Source: an uncultured Eubacteriales bacterium
GTDB lineage: Bacteria > Bacillota > Clostridia > Oscillospirales > CAG-382
Length of the DNA: 64,000 bases
NCBI GenBank assembly: GCA_900548115.1
Contig: URJL01000003.1
Location: 4,794-68,793 of the forward strand
Direction: 5' to 3'
The position numbers and the translations under genes were made by a program. Below the pieces are notes generated by a model, which searched no databases, was not told the origin of the DNA, and saw nothing but the letters and a program-made list of their open reading frames with translations. Below are positions 18,692 to 27,685 of this stretch, piece by piece; position 1 is the first letter of the stretch, and the number at the start of each line of letters is the position of its first letter.

Positions 18692-19572
18692 AAAAGTTTT
18701 TGTTCAGCGGTTTTTCGGACGAGATCTGCACAGATTTTGAGGGGCAGATGCGCGCTTTTTCCGATTCCGAGCTGTCCTTTTCCTTTGCCGAGCTTCGGTT
18801 TGTCGACGGAAAAAACATTGCCGAGCTTCGAAACGATGAACTTTGTGCGGTGAAAAAAACCATGGAAAAATACGGAATCCGCGCGTCTGCGCTCGCTTCG
18901 CCCATCGGAAAGGTGCAGCTTTCGGACGATCTTTCGGAGCATTTCGAAAAAGCAAAGCGTGTTTTTTCTTCGGCAAGGGCGCTTGGCGCGGCTTTTGTTC
19001 GCATTTTTTCCTTTTATCCCGCGGACGGCGAGTGCTTTTGCGGCGGCGATGAGGAAAAAGTCCTTTCGGCGCTTTCGCACCTTTTGACCTTGGCGCGGGA
19101 GGAAAAAATAACCCTTTGCCTTGAAAACGAACACGGCGTATACGGCGAAAGCCCCGAGCGGGTCTTGCGGCTGCTTACCCGCTTCGGCGGGGAGCTGAAA
19201 AGCGTTTTCGATATGGGGAATTTTGTGCTCGACGGCTATGACCCGCTTGCGGCTTATGATAAGCTCGCGCCGTATATCGCCTATTTTCACGTGAAAGACG
19301 CGCGGCGCGACAAAACGATCGTGCCGCCGGGTGAGGGGGACGCGGAAGTCCGAGAGATATTGCGCGCCCATTCCGAAAAGAACGAAACGGTTCTTGTTTC
19401 GCTCGAACCGCATCTTGCGGATTTTGCGGGACTTTCGGCGCTCACAAAAGAAACATTGCACCGTGAAACGGTCGACCCGAAAACGGCGTTTTTCGATGCG
19501 GCAAAAAAGCTGTGCGCCATAACAAGAGCTTTGTCGGAGGAAGAAAAAGAAAAAGAAAATGAAAAAATATAA
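18688..19572 (+). CDS. xylose isomerase-like TIM-barrel protein (sugar phosphate isomerase/epimerase family)
   Basis: ATGA overlap with the upstream stop. Motifs FVRIFSF, LCLENEHG, FDMGNF, FHVKDA...IVPPGEGD, VSLEPH. Confidence 0.75.
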   Translation: MKKFLFSGFSDEICTDFEGQMRAFSDSELSFSFAELRFVDGKNIAELRNDELCAVKKTMEKYGIRASALASPIGKVQLSDDLSEHFEKAKRVFSSARALGAAFVRIFSFYPADGECFCGGDEEKVLSALSHLLTLAREEKITLCLENEHGVYGESPERVLRLLTRFGGELKSVFDMGNFVLDGYDPLAAYDKLAPYIAYFHVKDARRDKTIVPPGEGDAEVREILRAHSEKNETVLVSLEPHLADFAGLSALTKETLHRETVDPKTAFFDAAKKLCAITRALSEEEKEKENEKI

Positions 19573-20326
19573 AGTCGATTTATTGACGGTCAAGGTCGCG
19601 CCCACGCGCGGGGAAATGGGTGCGGAGGCGGCGCGGGATACGGCGCGGGCGCTCCGCTTTCTTCTCGAAAAAAAGGAGCGGGTCAACGTGATCTTTGCCG
19701 CCGCCCCCTCACAAAATGAGACGCTTTCGGCGCTTTGCCGCGAGGAGGGAATCGATTGGCGGCGCGTTTTTGCTTTTCATATGGACGAATATGTCGGGCT
19801 TCCGAAGGATTCGCCCGCGCGCTTCTCGGTGTACCTTGACGAGCATATCTTTTCGCGCGTCCCGTTCGGCGCAATTTATAAAATTCTGCCCGACGCGAAA
19901 GCGCCCGGGGAGACCGCGCGCTGTTATGAAGAGCTTTTGCGGCAAAATCCGCCCGATATTACGGTGCTGGGCATCGGGGAAAACGGACACATTGCCTTTA
20001 ACGACCCGCCCGTCGCCGATTTTTGCGACCCGCGTCTTTGCAAGATCGTGAGCCTTGACGAGATCTGCCGCAATCAGCAGGTACACGACGGCTGTTTTAA
20101 AAAGCTCGACGACGTTCCGAAACAGGCGCTCACCCTCACGGTTCCCGCTCTTTTGAAGGCGCAGTATCTCTTTTGCAGTGTGCCGGGAAAGACCAAGCGC
20201 GCCGCGGTGCGCGAGCTTTTGACGACCGAGCGCATCGACGCGCACTGCCCCGCCACGGCAATGCGTACGCACGGCGGAGCGGTCCTTTACTGTGACGCAG
20301 AAAGCTTCGGGGAGCTTGCGCTATGA
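19559..20326 (+). CDS. nagB: glucosamine-6-phosphate deaminase / 6-phosphogluconolactonase-family protein (NagB-like)
   Basis: FHMDEYVGL and LGIGENGHIAFNDP motifs; overlaps the upstream gene by 14 nt. Confidence 0.75.
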   Translation: MKKYKVDLLTVKVAPTRGEMGAEAARDTARALRFLLEKKERVNVIFAAAPSQNETLSALCREEGIDWRRVFAFHMDEYVGLPKDSPARFSVYLDEHIFSRVPFGAIYKILPDAKAPGETARCYEELLRQNPPDITVLGIGENGHIAFNDPPVADFCDPRLCKIVSLDEICRNQQVHDGCFKKLDDVPKQALTLTVPALLKAQYLFCSVPGKTKRAAVRELLTTERIDAHCPATAMRTHGGAVLYCDAESFGELAL

Positions 20327-21474
20327 TGAGAAAAATCGTGTGCGATAAAATTCTTTCCGAAAACGGATTTTTCGCGGGGACGGTCACGTTTGAAAACGGC
20401 ATTATCACGGAAATTTCGTCGAAAGCCGAGCCGAGCGCGGACGGAACGGAGGATTATACGGGCTGTATCCTTGCCCCGGGCTTTGTCGAATTGCATGTTC
20501 ACGGCGCGTGCGGGCATGATTTTGCCGCCTGCACGGCGAAAGAGGCGGCGCAGGCGTGCGATTATCATTTGCGGCACGGCACGACGACGATCTTTCCGAC
20601 CGTGACCTCGATGTCGGTTGAAAAGACCGAACGGGCGCTTTCGGTGCTGTCCGAGCTTATCGACCGCCGCCTTTCGCGCGCGGTCGTCACGGGGGTACAT
20701 TTGGAGGGACCGTATTTCAGCGCGGCGCAGTGCGGCGCACAAAACGCCGAGCGGATTACCCCGCCGATAAAAGAGGATTACGAGCGCATTCTTGCCCAAT
20801 ACGGGAAAATCATAAAGCGCTGGAGCTATGCTCCCGAACGGGATCGCGACGAAGCCTTTTGCCGCGCCCTTGTGCAGAACGGAGTGCTGCCTTCCATGGG
20901 GCATTCGGACGCGCGCTATGAGGACTGCGTACGCGCGTTCGCGGCGGGGTGTCGGCTCGTGACCCATCTTTATTCCTGCACCTCCACGGTCACGCGCGAA
21001 AACGGCTTCCGTCACGGCGGAATTGTCGAAGCGGCTTATGAAAACGACGAAATGTTTGTCGAGATGGTCGCCGACGGCTGTCATTTGCCGCCCGAGCTTT
21101 TGCGGCTGATCTATAAGATCAAGGGGGCAAAGCGTACCTGTCTCATCACCGATGCGATCGCCGCCTGCGGCACAAACGAAAAGCAAACGACGGTCGGAGA
21201 CGTCCCCGCAATCATAGAGGACGGCGTTGCAAAGCTTCCCGACCGCACGGCTTTCGCGGGCAGCATTGCAACGCAGGACCGACTGGTGCGCACCTGCGTC
21301 GATGCGGGAATCCCGCTGTGCGATGCGCTCCGAATGGCGTCCGAAACGCCGGGTACGCTTATGGGGCTTTCCGTCGGGAAAATTCAAAAAGGATACCGCG
21401 CGGACTTTGTTCTTTTAAACGGGGAACTTTTCCCCGAGGCGGTCTTTGTCGGCGGGAAAAAAGAAAAAGAATAA
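20323..21474 (+). CDS. nagA: N-acetylglucosamine-6-phosphate deacetylase
   Basis: Amidohydrolase motifs GFVELHVHGACGHDF, HLEGPYFS, MGHSDA and THLYS; ATGA overlap with nagB. Confidence 0.85.
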   Translation: MMRKIVCDKILSENGFFAGTVTFENGIITEISSKAEPSADGTEDYTGCILAPGFVELHVHGACGHDFAACTAKEAAQACDYHLRHGTTTIFPTVTSMSVEKTERALSVLSELIDRRLSRAVVTGVHLEGPYFSAAQCGAQNAERITPPIKEDYERILAQYGKIIKRWSYAPERDRDEAFCRALVQNGVLPSMGHSDARYEDCVRAFAAGCRLVTHLYSCTSTVTRENGFRHGGIVEAAYENDEMFVEMVADGCHLPPELLRLIYKIKGAKRTCLITDAIAACGTNEKQTTVGDVPAIIEDGVAKLPDRTAFAGSIATQDRLVRTCVDAGIPLCDALRMASETPGTLMGLSVGKIQKGYRADFVLLNGELFPEAVFVGGKKEKE

Positions 21475-21477
21475 AAT

Positions 21478-21530
21478 ACCCGCCGTGCGGTCTTTCGAGA
21501 AAAGGAAAGCGCACGGCGGGTAAATTTTTT
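21478..21530 (+). terminator. intrinsic terminator after nagA
   Basis: 12-bp stem ACCCGCCGTGCG (21478-21489) / CGCACGGCGGGT (21510-21521) with a 20-nt loop, then AAATTTTTT. Confidence 0.65.
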
Positions 21531-21838
21531 ATTCGGATGCCGAACGGAAGTCGGAATGAAATTTGCGGCGGTACATATCGTTGTCGGCGTTTTCGATCAG
21601 GTCGCCGATATCGTCGCCCTTTCGGTATCCGCTGCAGCCGACGCTCATGCGGATAGGATAGGGGAGAGCGGCTTCGACGGTCTTGCCGCACGACCTCGGC
21701 GATCAGCTACGCAGAATGAAGAAAACGACGCTTTTTACGATCCTTGCGCTCAAAATGAGAATAGGAGGTCACGGCGATGATTGCAATGACGGCGATACAG
21801 ATCGCATTGATCTCGGCGTACAAAACAAAGGTATTCAC
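21530..21838 (-). pseudogene. internally deleted diguanylate cyclase (GGDEF) remnant
   Basis: AAAGGAG RBS plus GTG 21838 opens VNTFVLYAEINAICIAVIAIIAVTSYSHFERKDRKKRRFLHSA, stopping at 21709-21707. A different frame then reads ...VEAALPYPIRMSVGCSGYRKGDDIGDLIENADNDMYRRKFHS to the stop at 21532-21530, which is the typical end of a GGDEF domain. Both pieces total about 100 aa and the GG(D/E)EF core is missing. Confidence 0.6.
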
Positions 21839-21861
21839 GCTTTTGCTCCTTTCTTCTTGTA

Positions 21862-21921
21862 TTTATACAGGCATTCATACAGGCATTCATGCAGGCATTC
21901 ATGCAGGTATTTATGCAGACA
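21862..21921. repeat. 12-bp tandem repeat, 5 copies
   Basis: TTTATACAGGCA / TTCATACAGGCA / TTCATGCAGGCA / TTCATGCAGGTA / TTTATGCAGACA, read directly. It lies just upstream (on the - strand) of the GGDEF remnant RBS. Confidence 0.9.
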
Positions 21922-21957
21922 ATTTGTGCTTGTCTTCGGTACCGCACGGATCGGACG

Positions 21958-21993
21958 GGAAAAAGGAAAAAGGAAAAAGGCAAAAGGCAAAAA
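21958..21993. repeat. 7-bp tandem repeat, about 5 copies
   Basis: GGAAAAA x3, then GGCAAAA and GGCAAAAA. Confidence 0.85.
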
Positions 21994-22227
21994 GCACACC
22001 TTTCCCTTATGAAAAAAGAGAAAAATGCGCCGAGATCATAGCTATAATGTGTATTTACGGCAGAAAGCGGCAAATATTCCATATATATGCTGTACAAAAT
22101 TGCAAATTCTTGCCATATTTTTCGCACATTTCAAAATATTTTGTAAACAACTATCGAGAATAAAACAGATGTCACAAAAAGTATAACACAGCCGTCGAAA
22201 AATTTCAAGAAAAAATATGAAAAGAGG

Positions 22228-22914
22228 TCACAGCGACTGCAAAAGCGCGGGGAGAGCATCAAGCGATTTTATCGTAAAATCGGGGACAATGCCGCCCGTG
22301 TTTTCGGTCGGAACGGGGCAGTACAGAATCGAGCGTATATGCGCATTTTTCGCGCCCGTGATATCGCTTGCGATACGGTCGCCGATCAGGATCGTTTCCT
22401 CGCGGGAAAAATTCGGAATTCTCTCGAAGCACCGTGCAAAATAGCGCGGGTCGGGCTTGTCAAAACCGATGTCCTCCGAGATGAAAATGCCGTCGAAATG
22501 CGATTCGATATACGTGCCTGCAAGGCGCGCGACCTGCGTGTTGTGAAAGCCGTTGGTCACAAGATAAAGACGGTATTTCCCGTAAAGCGCGGTCAGTGTT
22601 TCAAGCGCTCCCGGCATATAAAATTTTCCCTTTCCGAGCGCAACTTCGTAAAAGTCGGCGACCTCTTTCGGGATGATCTCGCGTCCCAATTCGGCAAAAA
22701 GAAGCCGAAACCGCTCTTCCCTCAGCGCCGTGCGGTCGATCTCGCCCTTTTCGAGCCTTTTCCATCCGGCAAGATTCAGCTCGGAGTACCGTTTCGCCAT
22801 CTCCTCGGTCGGGGATATGCCGAAATGCGCCAGCGTTTCGAAAATGGCGCTGTGTTCCGCTTTTTTAAAATCAAAAAGCGTTTCGTCCAAATCAAAAAGT
22901 ACGTTGCGGATCAT
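22228..22914 (-). CDS. HAD-superfamily hydrolase (YjjG-like nucleotidase/phosphatase subfamily IA)
   Basis: ORF 22228..22965; start moved to ATG 22914 (MIRNVLFDLDETLFDF, the DxD motif I). Motif II LVTNG and motif IV IGDRIASDI are present. Confidence 0.8.
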   Translation of the reverse strand: MIRNVLFDLDETLFDFKKAEHSAIFETLAHFGISPTEEMAKRYSELNLAGWKRLEKGEIDRTALREERFRLLFAELGREIIPKEVADFYEVALGKGKFYMPGALETLTALYGKYRLYLVTNGFHNTQVARLAGTYIESHFDGIFISEDIGFDKPDPRYFARCFERIPNFSREETILIGDRIASDITGAKNAHIRSILYCPVPTENTGGIVPDFTIKSLDALPALLQSL

Positions 22915-23000
22915 AATACCCTCTCTTACGGTGTCTTTGTTGTCGAATTTGTTCCGAGTTTGCAAAAAAGTTCTGCCTGATGGCGGGGAATGTTCCCTGT

Positions 23001-23040
23001 ATAAAGAAGCGCGGCGGCAAAGAAAAATGCCGCCGCGCCG
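23001..23040 (-). terminator. intrinsic terminator after the GH31 gene
   Basis: 11-bp stem GCGCGGCGGCA (23009-23019) / TGCCGCCGCGC (23028-23038); T-rich on the - strand afterwards. Confidence 0.6.
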
Positions 23041-23043
23041 ACT

Positions 23044-24573
23044 TTATCTTTTTTCGAAATAAGGCAATACCGAAAGCGGCGCGTCGACCGTGACGGTCGT
23101 TCCGCCGTTCATTATTTCCTCGCCGAGATATGCCCAGCGCCCCGCGGGAAGCTTTACCGTGCGGGTCACGTCGCCTTTGCGCACGACGGGCGCGACCAAA
23201 ATGCGGTCGCCGATCATGAATTGATCGGTCACGGTCTCAAAGCCCTCGTTCGGGAATTCGTATTCCATGTAGCGCACGATCGGCTCGCCGTTTTCGCCTG
23301 CATGCTCGGCAAGCGAGAGAAACGTGTGTCCGAACTGCGTGTGCAGCCGTGCGGCGCGGAGACAAAGCCGCGCGTTTTCTTCGGAAAGCACACGGAAAGG
23401 CGCCGCCGAAAACTGCATCATCGGCATGAGCGCCGCACACTGCGCATAACGTACGAACAGCTCTTCATCCAGACGCCCCGCCTGAGCCTCCGTTTGAAAG
23501 CACATATACTCGCCCCCGCCGATCATGTCGGGGCAGGTGTAAGCATAGCCGAGAATCCCCTGTGCGAGCGTGTTGGGAATAAGCGACGCCATGCCGTTTT
23601 CCTCCCAGCTGTGCAGTTTGTCGGCAAGGCGCTGTACCAGTGGATAGCCCTGCACGCCGACACAGGCGCGATACTCGTTGTAAGGGTAATTTAAACCGAA
23701 CTTTGCCCACAGCTCCGAGAAGGTGTTGGGGTCGGCGTCGCCCATGGATATCTTGTCGTTTTGATAAAAACGCGCGTCGCCCGCGTCAAACTTGAAGCCG
23801 TCAATGCCGTATTCGCGGCAGAGCTTTTGCAGCTTTTCGTTGTACCAGACCACGGCAATGGGATTGGAAAGATCGAGCGCCGCGGAATAACCGTCCCACC
23901 ACTCGTGAAGCGAGATCCTGCCGTCAGAGGTCTTTGTCAGACAATCCCGGTCGCGAAGCTCGCGAAATTCTATGCTGTCGGGCGAGACGTAGGGACAAGT
24001 CCAAAGCATGATCTTGAAGCCCAGCTCGTGAAGCTCGTCGCACATCGCCTTCGGATCGGGAAAACGCTCGCGCTCAAATTCCCAACAGCCGTAATATTTC
24101 TGCCACATGTCGTCGATCATGAAAATACCGGCGGGATAGCCGTTTTCAATGAGCTTTCGCGCATAGGAAAGAATGTCGGCTTGGTTTTGATCGTAAACAA
24201 GCTCGATCCACGTGTTGTATTGCGGCACCTCGAAAAATTCGCGGGGCGGAATGCCGCGCTGCGGCGGGAAATGCGACGAACAGGCGGCGAGAAACGCCTC
24301 TTTCAGCGTACTTCCCGCTTCGATCAGCTCGATCACACCGTCCGAACGGACGGTGATAGTGCCCTCTTTTACCGAAACGGCAAAACAGGCTTCGCCGTAT
24401 ATGTACCGTCCTTTGTTGGAAAGAAAAAGCGGCGCGACCTGATTGCCCGTCGGGTTTACGGTGAAATCCGCCTCATAAACCGACGGCGCGCCGAGCGGAA
24501 ATTTTGTGCCGTCGGCAACGCACAGCCCGTACCAATACTCGTTTTCCTTCATCTTGACCGTGTAGGTGTTCAT
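23044..24573 (-). CDS. glycoside hydrolase family 31 protein
   Basis: 509 aa. GIFMIDDMWQ, catalytic-nucleophile-like region GIDGFKFDAGD, and CPDMIGGGEY. Confidence 0.75.
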   Translation of the reverse strand: MNTYTVKMKENEYWYGLCVADGTKFPLGAPSVYEADFTVNPTGNQVAPLFLSNKGRYIYGEACFAVSVKEGTITVRSDGVIELIEAGSTLKEAFLAACSSHFPPQRGIPPREFFEVPQYNTWIELVYDQNQADILSYARKLIENGYPAGIFMIDDMWQKYYGCWEFERERFPDPKAMCDELHELGFKIMLWTCPYVSPDSIEFRELRDRDCLTKTSDGRISLHEWWDGYSAALDLSNPIAVVWYNEKLQKLCREYGIDGFKFDAGDARFYQNDKISMGDADPNTFSELWAKFGLNYPYNEYRACVGVQGYPLVQRLADKLHSWEENGMASLIPNTLAQGILGYAYTCPDMIGGGEYMCFQTEAQAGRLDEELFVRYAQCAALMPMMQFSAAPFRVLSEENARLCLRAARLHTQFGHTFLSLAEHAGENGEPIVRYMEYEFPNEGFETVTDQFMIGDRILVAPVVRKGDVTRTVKLPAGRWAYLGEEIMNGGTTVTVDAPLSVLPYFEKR

Positions 24574-24599
24574 AGGCTTCTCCTTGAGTCAAAAAAGCG

Positions 24600-25055
24600 T
24601 TATTTCTGCGCGTTTTCCTTCAAAAGGTCGCGAATTTCGGTGAGCAGAATTTCTTCCTTGGTCGGCTCGGGCTCTTTTTCGGGTTCTTCTTCCTTTTCGG
24701 GCTCGGGCTTTTTCACAAGCTCTTCCGCTTTTACGCGAACGGTGTTTACGATTTTAACCAGCAAAAAGACGCAAAGCGCGATGACGAAAAAGTCGATCAC
24801 GTTCTGAATAAACGTGCCGTAATTCAACGTTGCGGCGGGGACAAGCTCGGTTCCGTCTTCGGCAAGCTCGGCTGCCTTCAAAACGATCTTCAGATCGCTG
24901 AAGTTGGCGCTTCCCGTGATAAGACTGATGAGCGGCGTGAAAATGTCGGAGACGAGCGACGAAACGATCTTTCCGAACGCGCCGCCGATGATAACGCCGA
25001 CTGCCATGTCCATGACGTTGCCTTTTGCGATGAACGCTTTGAATTCCTTCCACAT
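24600..25055 (-). CDS. mscL: large-conductance mechanosensitive channel MscL
   Basis: ORF 24600..25088; ATG 25055 behind [49 protein letters not shown]. The C-terminal tail is E/P/K-rich ([20 protein letters not shown]). Confidence 0.9.
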   Translation of the reverse strand: MWKEFKAFIAKGNVMDMAVGVIIGGAFGKIVSSLVSDIFTPLISLITGSANFSDLKIVLKAAELAEDGTELVPAATLNYGTFIQNVIDFFVIALCVFLLVKIVNTVRVKAEELVKKPEPEKEEEPEKEPEPTKEEILLTEIRDLLKENAQK

Positions 25056-25105
25056 GGTGAGAAAAACTCCTTTATGTTTTATTTGCATTTGCGCCCGTGC
25101 TCAGT

Positions 25106-25669
25106 TTATTTTTCGTAAATTTCGCGCTTCAAAACGCCGACATACGGAAGATTGCGGTAAAGCTCGTCGTAATCCAGTCCGTAGCCGATGACGAATTCGT
25201 CGGGAATGGTGAAACAGCCGAAATCGACCGAAACGGGCTTTTCGCGGCGGTCGGGCTTGTCAAGCAGAGTGCAGATCTTCACATCCTCGCAGTGATGCTC
25301 GGTCTTTAAAAAGTCCAAAAGCCAGTAAAGCGTGTTGCCCGTGTCGAGAATGTCCTCGACGATGAGAACGTTGTAATCGGAAAGATCTTTGCGTTCCAGT
25401 CCCGCTTTTACGACGATGTTGCCCGAGGAAACGGCGCTTTTTCCGTAGGAGGAAAGCTTCATGAAGTCGACCTCCAGAGGAAGGCGCAGTTCTTTCATGA
25501 GATCCGCCATAAAGACGACCGAACCTTTTAAAATGCCGAGCAGAAGAAGCTTCTTTTCGGAATTTTTGTAGTACGCTTCGATCTCGCGCGATACGCGGCG
25601 GACTTGTTCTTTGATGTCATTTTCGCTGCAAAGAATTTTCTCGACAGCCGATTCATACTGTAGATCCAT
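25106..25669 (-). CDS. hpt: hypoxanthine phosphoribosyltransferase
   Basis: PRPP-binding motif VLIVEDILDTGNTL and C-terminal FVIGYGLDYDELYRNLPYVGVL. Confidence 0.9.
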   Translation of the reverse strand: MDLQYESAVEKILCSENDIKEQVRRVSREIEAYYKNSEKKLLLLGILKGSVVFMADLMKELRLPLEVDFMKLSSYGKSAVSSGNIVVKAGLERKDLSDYNVLIVEDILDTGNTLYWLLDFLKTEHHCEDVKICTLLDKPDRREKPVSVDFGCFTIPDEFVIGYGLDYDELYRNLPYVGVLKREIYEK

Positions 25670-25719
25670 GATTTTTTCTCCTTAGAAGATAGCGTTTCGG
25701 ATAAATTTTCGGAACGGGT

Positions 25720-26481
25720 TCAGAGCGTTTCCCGTTTCAGTTTTTCGCTGCGCTCACGTTCCGCCTGCGAAAGGCGAAGGTAAGTCGGGGCGAGCGCTTC
25801 GCCCGTAAAGCGGGAAAGATCGACCCCCGAGCGCAGGATGCGCGCGGCGACGACCGCCGCGGAAAAAGCGTCCTCGTAAAGATCACGCGGAGTGCAAAGC
25901 GTGATGTGCGGCGGCTTTTTTTTCTCGTCGGAAAGAAGAGAGAAGAAAAGCTCGGCGCCGTCGCCGTTTAAAACGACGCGCCGTCTTGCGTACTGCCCGG
26001 AAAGCTCGGCGGAAAGCTCTTTCTCCGTGATGACGCGATCGGGGCAAAGCCGTTTTACGACTCCGCCCTTCACGGTGAAGAGCGCGTTGTAAAACTGGTT
26101 CCGCCGCGCGTCCATAAGCGGGCAGAGAATCGTGTTTTCGGCGCAGTGCGAAAGATTTTCGGCAAGGCATTCGAGCGTCGAAAGCGGAATGCACGGAACG
26201 TCTTTTCCGAGCGCGAAGGAAAGTCCCTTGAAGGCGGAAACGCCGATGCGCACGCCCGTAAACGAGCCGGGACCCGCCGGAAGCGCCAAAGCCGAAATAT
26301 CCGAAAGGGCAAGCGACGAGAGCGAGAGCGCGCGGTCGATCAGCGGAAGCAGGCTTTCGCTGTGTGTGAGCGTTCCGTTCTGCGTGAACTGCGCGACCGG
26401 GAGCACCCCGAAAAGGGGATGATCCCGCGCGATACAAACCGACGCGGTCTTGGCGGTGGTGTCGGCTGTCAGAAGATACAT
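25720..26481 (-). CDS. tsaB: tRNA t6A37 biosynthesis protein TsaB
   Basis: ORF 25720..26565; start moved to ATG 26481 (MYLLTADTTAKTASVCI...). GPGSFTGVRIGVSAFKGLSFA is the TsaB/YeaZ signature. Confidence 0.8.
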   Translation of the reverse strand: MYLLTADTTAKTASVCIARDHPLFGVLPVAQFTQNGTLTHSESLLPLIDRALSLSSLALSDISALALPAGPGSFTGVRIGVSAFKGLSFALGKDVPCIPLSTLECLAENLSHCAENTILCPLMDARRNQFYNALFTVKGGVVKRLCPDRVITEKELSAELSGQYARRRVVLNGDGAELFFSLLSDEKKKPPHITLCTPRDLYEDAFSAAVVAARILRSGVDLSRFTGEALAPTYLRLSQAERERSEKLKRETL

Positions 26482-26541
26482 AAAAGATTCATCCTTTTTG
26501 TTTAAAAACATACGGTATGCGCCGCAAAGCGGCACGCACCT

Positions 26542-26570
26542 ATTATACAATTTTTCGACAGGCAAATCAA
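26542..26570 (-). promoter_or_regulatory. sigma-70-type promoter candidate for tsaB
   Basis: On the - strand: TTGATT (rc of 26565-26570), 17-nt spacer, TATAAT (rc of 26542-26547). Confidence 0.4.
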
Positions 26571-26576
26571 GTACTT

Positions 26577-27671
26577 TTAAAGCGTTTCGTAACGGAACTT
26601 TTCGAAAACGCGCATTTCGCCCCTGTCGTTGATCAACGCACCGTAGCGCACGACCGAGACGGTCTTTTGTTCGTGGTCGATCACATAGGCGTTGAGCGCG
26701 TCTTCGGTGACGGTGTCGGGAATGCGGGGCAGATCGGAGATCTCCTCGCCGATGTTATGATAGCCCTCGGGGAAACAGCCCGTGCAGGTCATGCAGAAGA
26801 AAAGCTGTCCCGGATGATGCGCAAGCGTTCCGCAGAAATCGCCGTGGCGGTGTCCCGTGAGATAACAGATGAATTCACCGCGCCCCGAAAAGGCGTGTTC
26901 GACCGTGAAGCTTTCGCCCGTGCGGCTGTAGGTGTAGGTCTTTTCGATCTTTTCGCCGCGTCGGAAAGCCTCCACAATGTCCTCGACGACAAACGGATCG
27001 TGTTCCGCACGCCGCCCGCCCCACGGATGGGGATCGAAGCGCTGGCAGAAGCGGTTGTCGGCGTCGCACAGTTTCGGCTCGTCCGCAAGCTCATGCATCG
27101 CGATGAGAACACCGAAGCCTTTTTCTTTCGCTTCGGAAAGCGCACGGCACAAAAAGTCCGCCTGCTCTTTCTTTACGGCGTATTTGTCGCGGATCGAAGA
27201 ATCCGCCGACTCGAAATCATACGGGCAAAGGACGATGAGACGAAGCGCCTCCTTTTCGAAATCGACGAAATAATACGGCTTTTCGTCGCAGACGATGCCC
27301 GAGAGGGGCGAGACGAACATTTCGTACAGCTCTTTTTCGGAGAGGGTGCGCTCGTTGCGGAACGTGTCGTGATTGCCGATCGTGTTGAAGATCGGCACGG
27401 TCTCGTTTTCGATGCCGTCGTAGAAAAAGCGGCTGTCGTCGCTTGCGTTCCATGTCACGACGTCGCCCGTGTGGACGGCGAAGGTCGGTTTTATGTGACG
27501 GATGAGCGCAAGCGCGTTTTGAAAGGAGCGAAGATCGCCGTGCAGATCGGAGATCTGAACCAAAACGGTCTTATTGTCCGAGAAGGAAAGAGCGTCCTCA
27601 GTGCGGAAGGTTTTCTTCGCGGCACAGAGATACTGTTCGGAAAGCGTATTGCGCAAGATAACTTCGTTCAT
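26577..27671 (-). CDS. metallophosphoesterase (calcineurin-like)
   Basis: ORF 26577..27896; start moved to ATG 27671 (MNEVILRN...). Motifs ISDLHGD, HTGDVV, GNHD, and later MHE / GHRH. Confidence 0.75.
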   Translation of the reverse strand: MNEVILRNTLSEQYLCAAKKTFRTEDALSFSDNKTVLVQISDLHGDLRSFQNALALIRHIKPTFAVHTGDVVTWNASDDSRFFYDGIENETVPIFNTIGNHDTFRNERTLSEKELYEMFVSPLSGIVCDEKPYYFVDFEKEALRLIVLCPYDFESADSSIRDKYAVKKEQADFLCRALSEAKEKGFGVLIAMHELADEPKLCDADNRFCQRFDPHPWGGRRAEHDPFVVEDIVEAFRRGEKIEKTYTYSRTGESFTVEHAFSGRGEFICYLTGHRHGDFCGTLAHHPGQLFFCMTCTGCFPEGYHNIGEEISDLPRIPDTVTEDALNAYVIDHEQKTVSVVRYGALINDRGEMRVFEKFRYETL

Positions 27672-27685
27672 GTTTTTGCCTCGTT

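Noticed and set aside
21359-21780. ORF-track entries 21359..21691 (-, 110 aa) and 21556..21780 (+, 74 aa).
   Set aside because: Their translations are low-complexity Arg/Pro-rich. The region is better explained by the two fragments of a GGDEF gene in other frames plus the nagA terminator.
21862-21993. Possible CRISPR array.
   Set aside because: The repeat units are 12 and 7 bp and directly abut each other with no spacers. No cas genes are present in the window.
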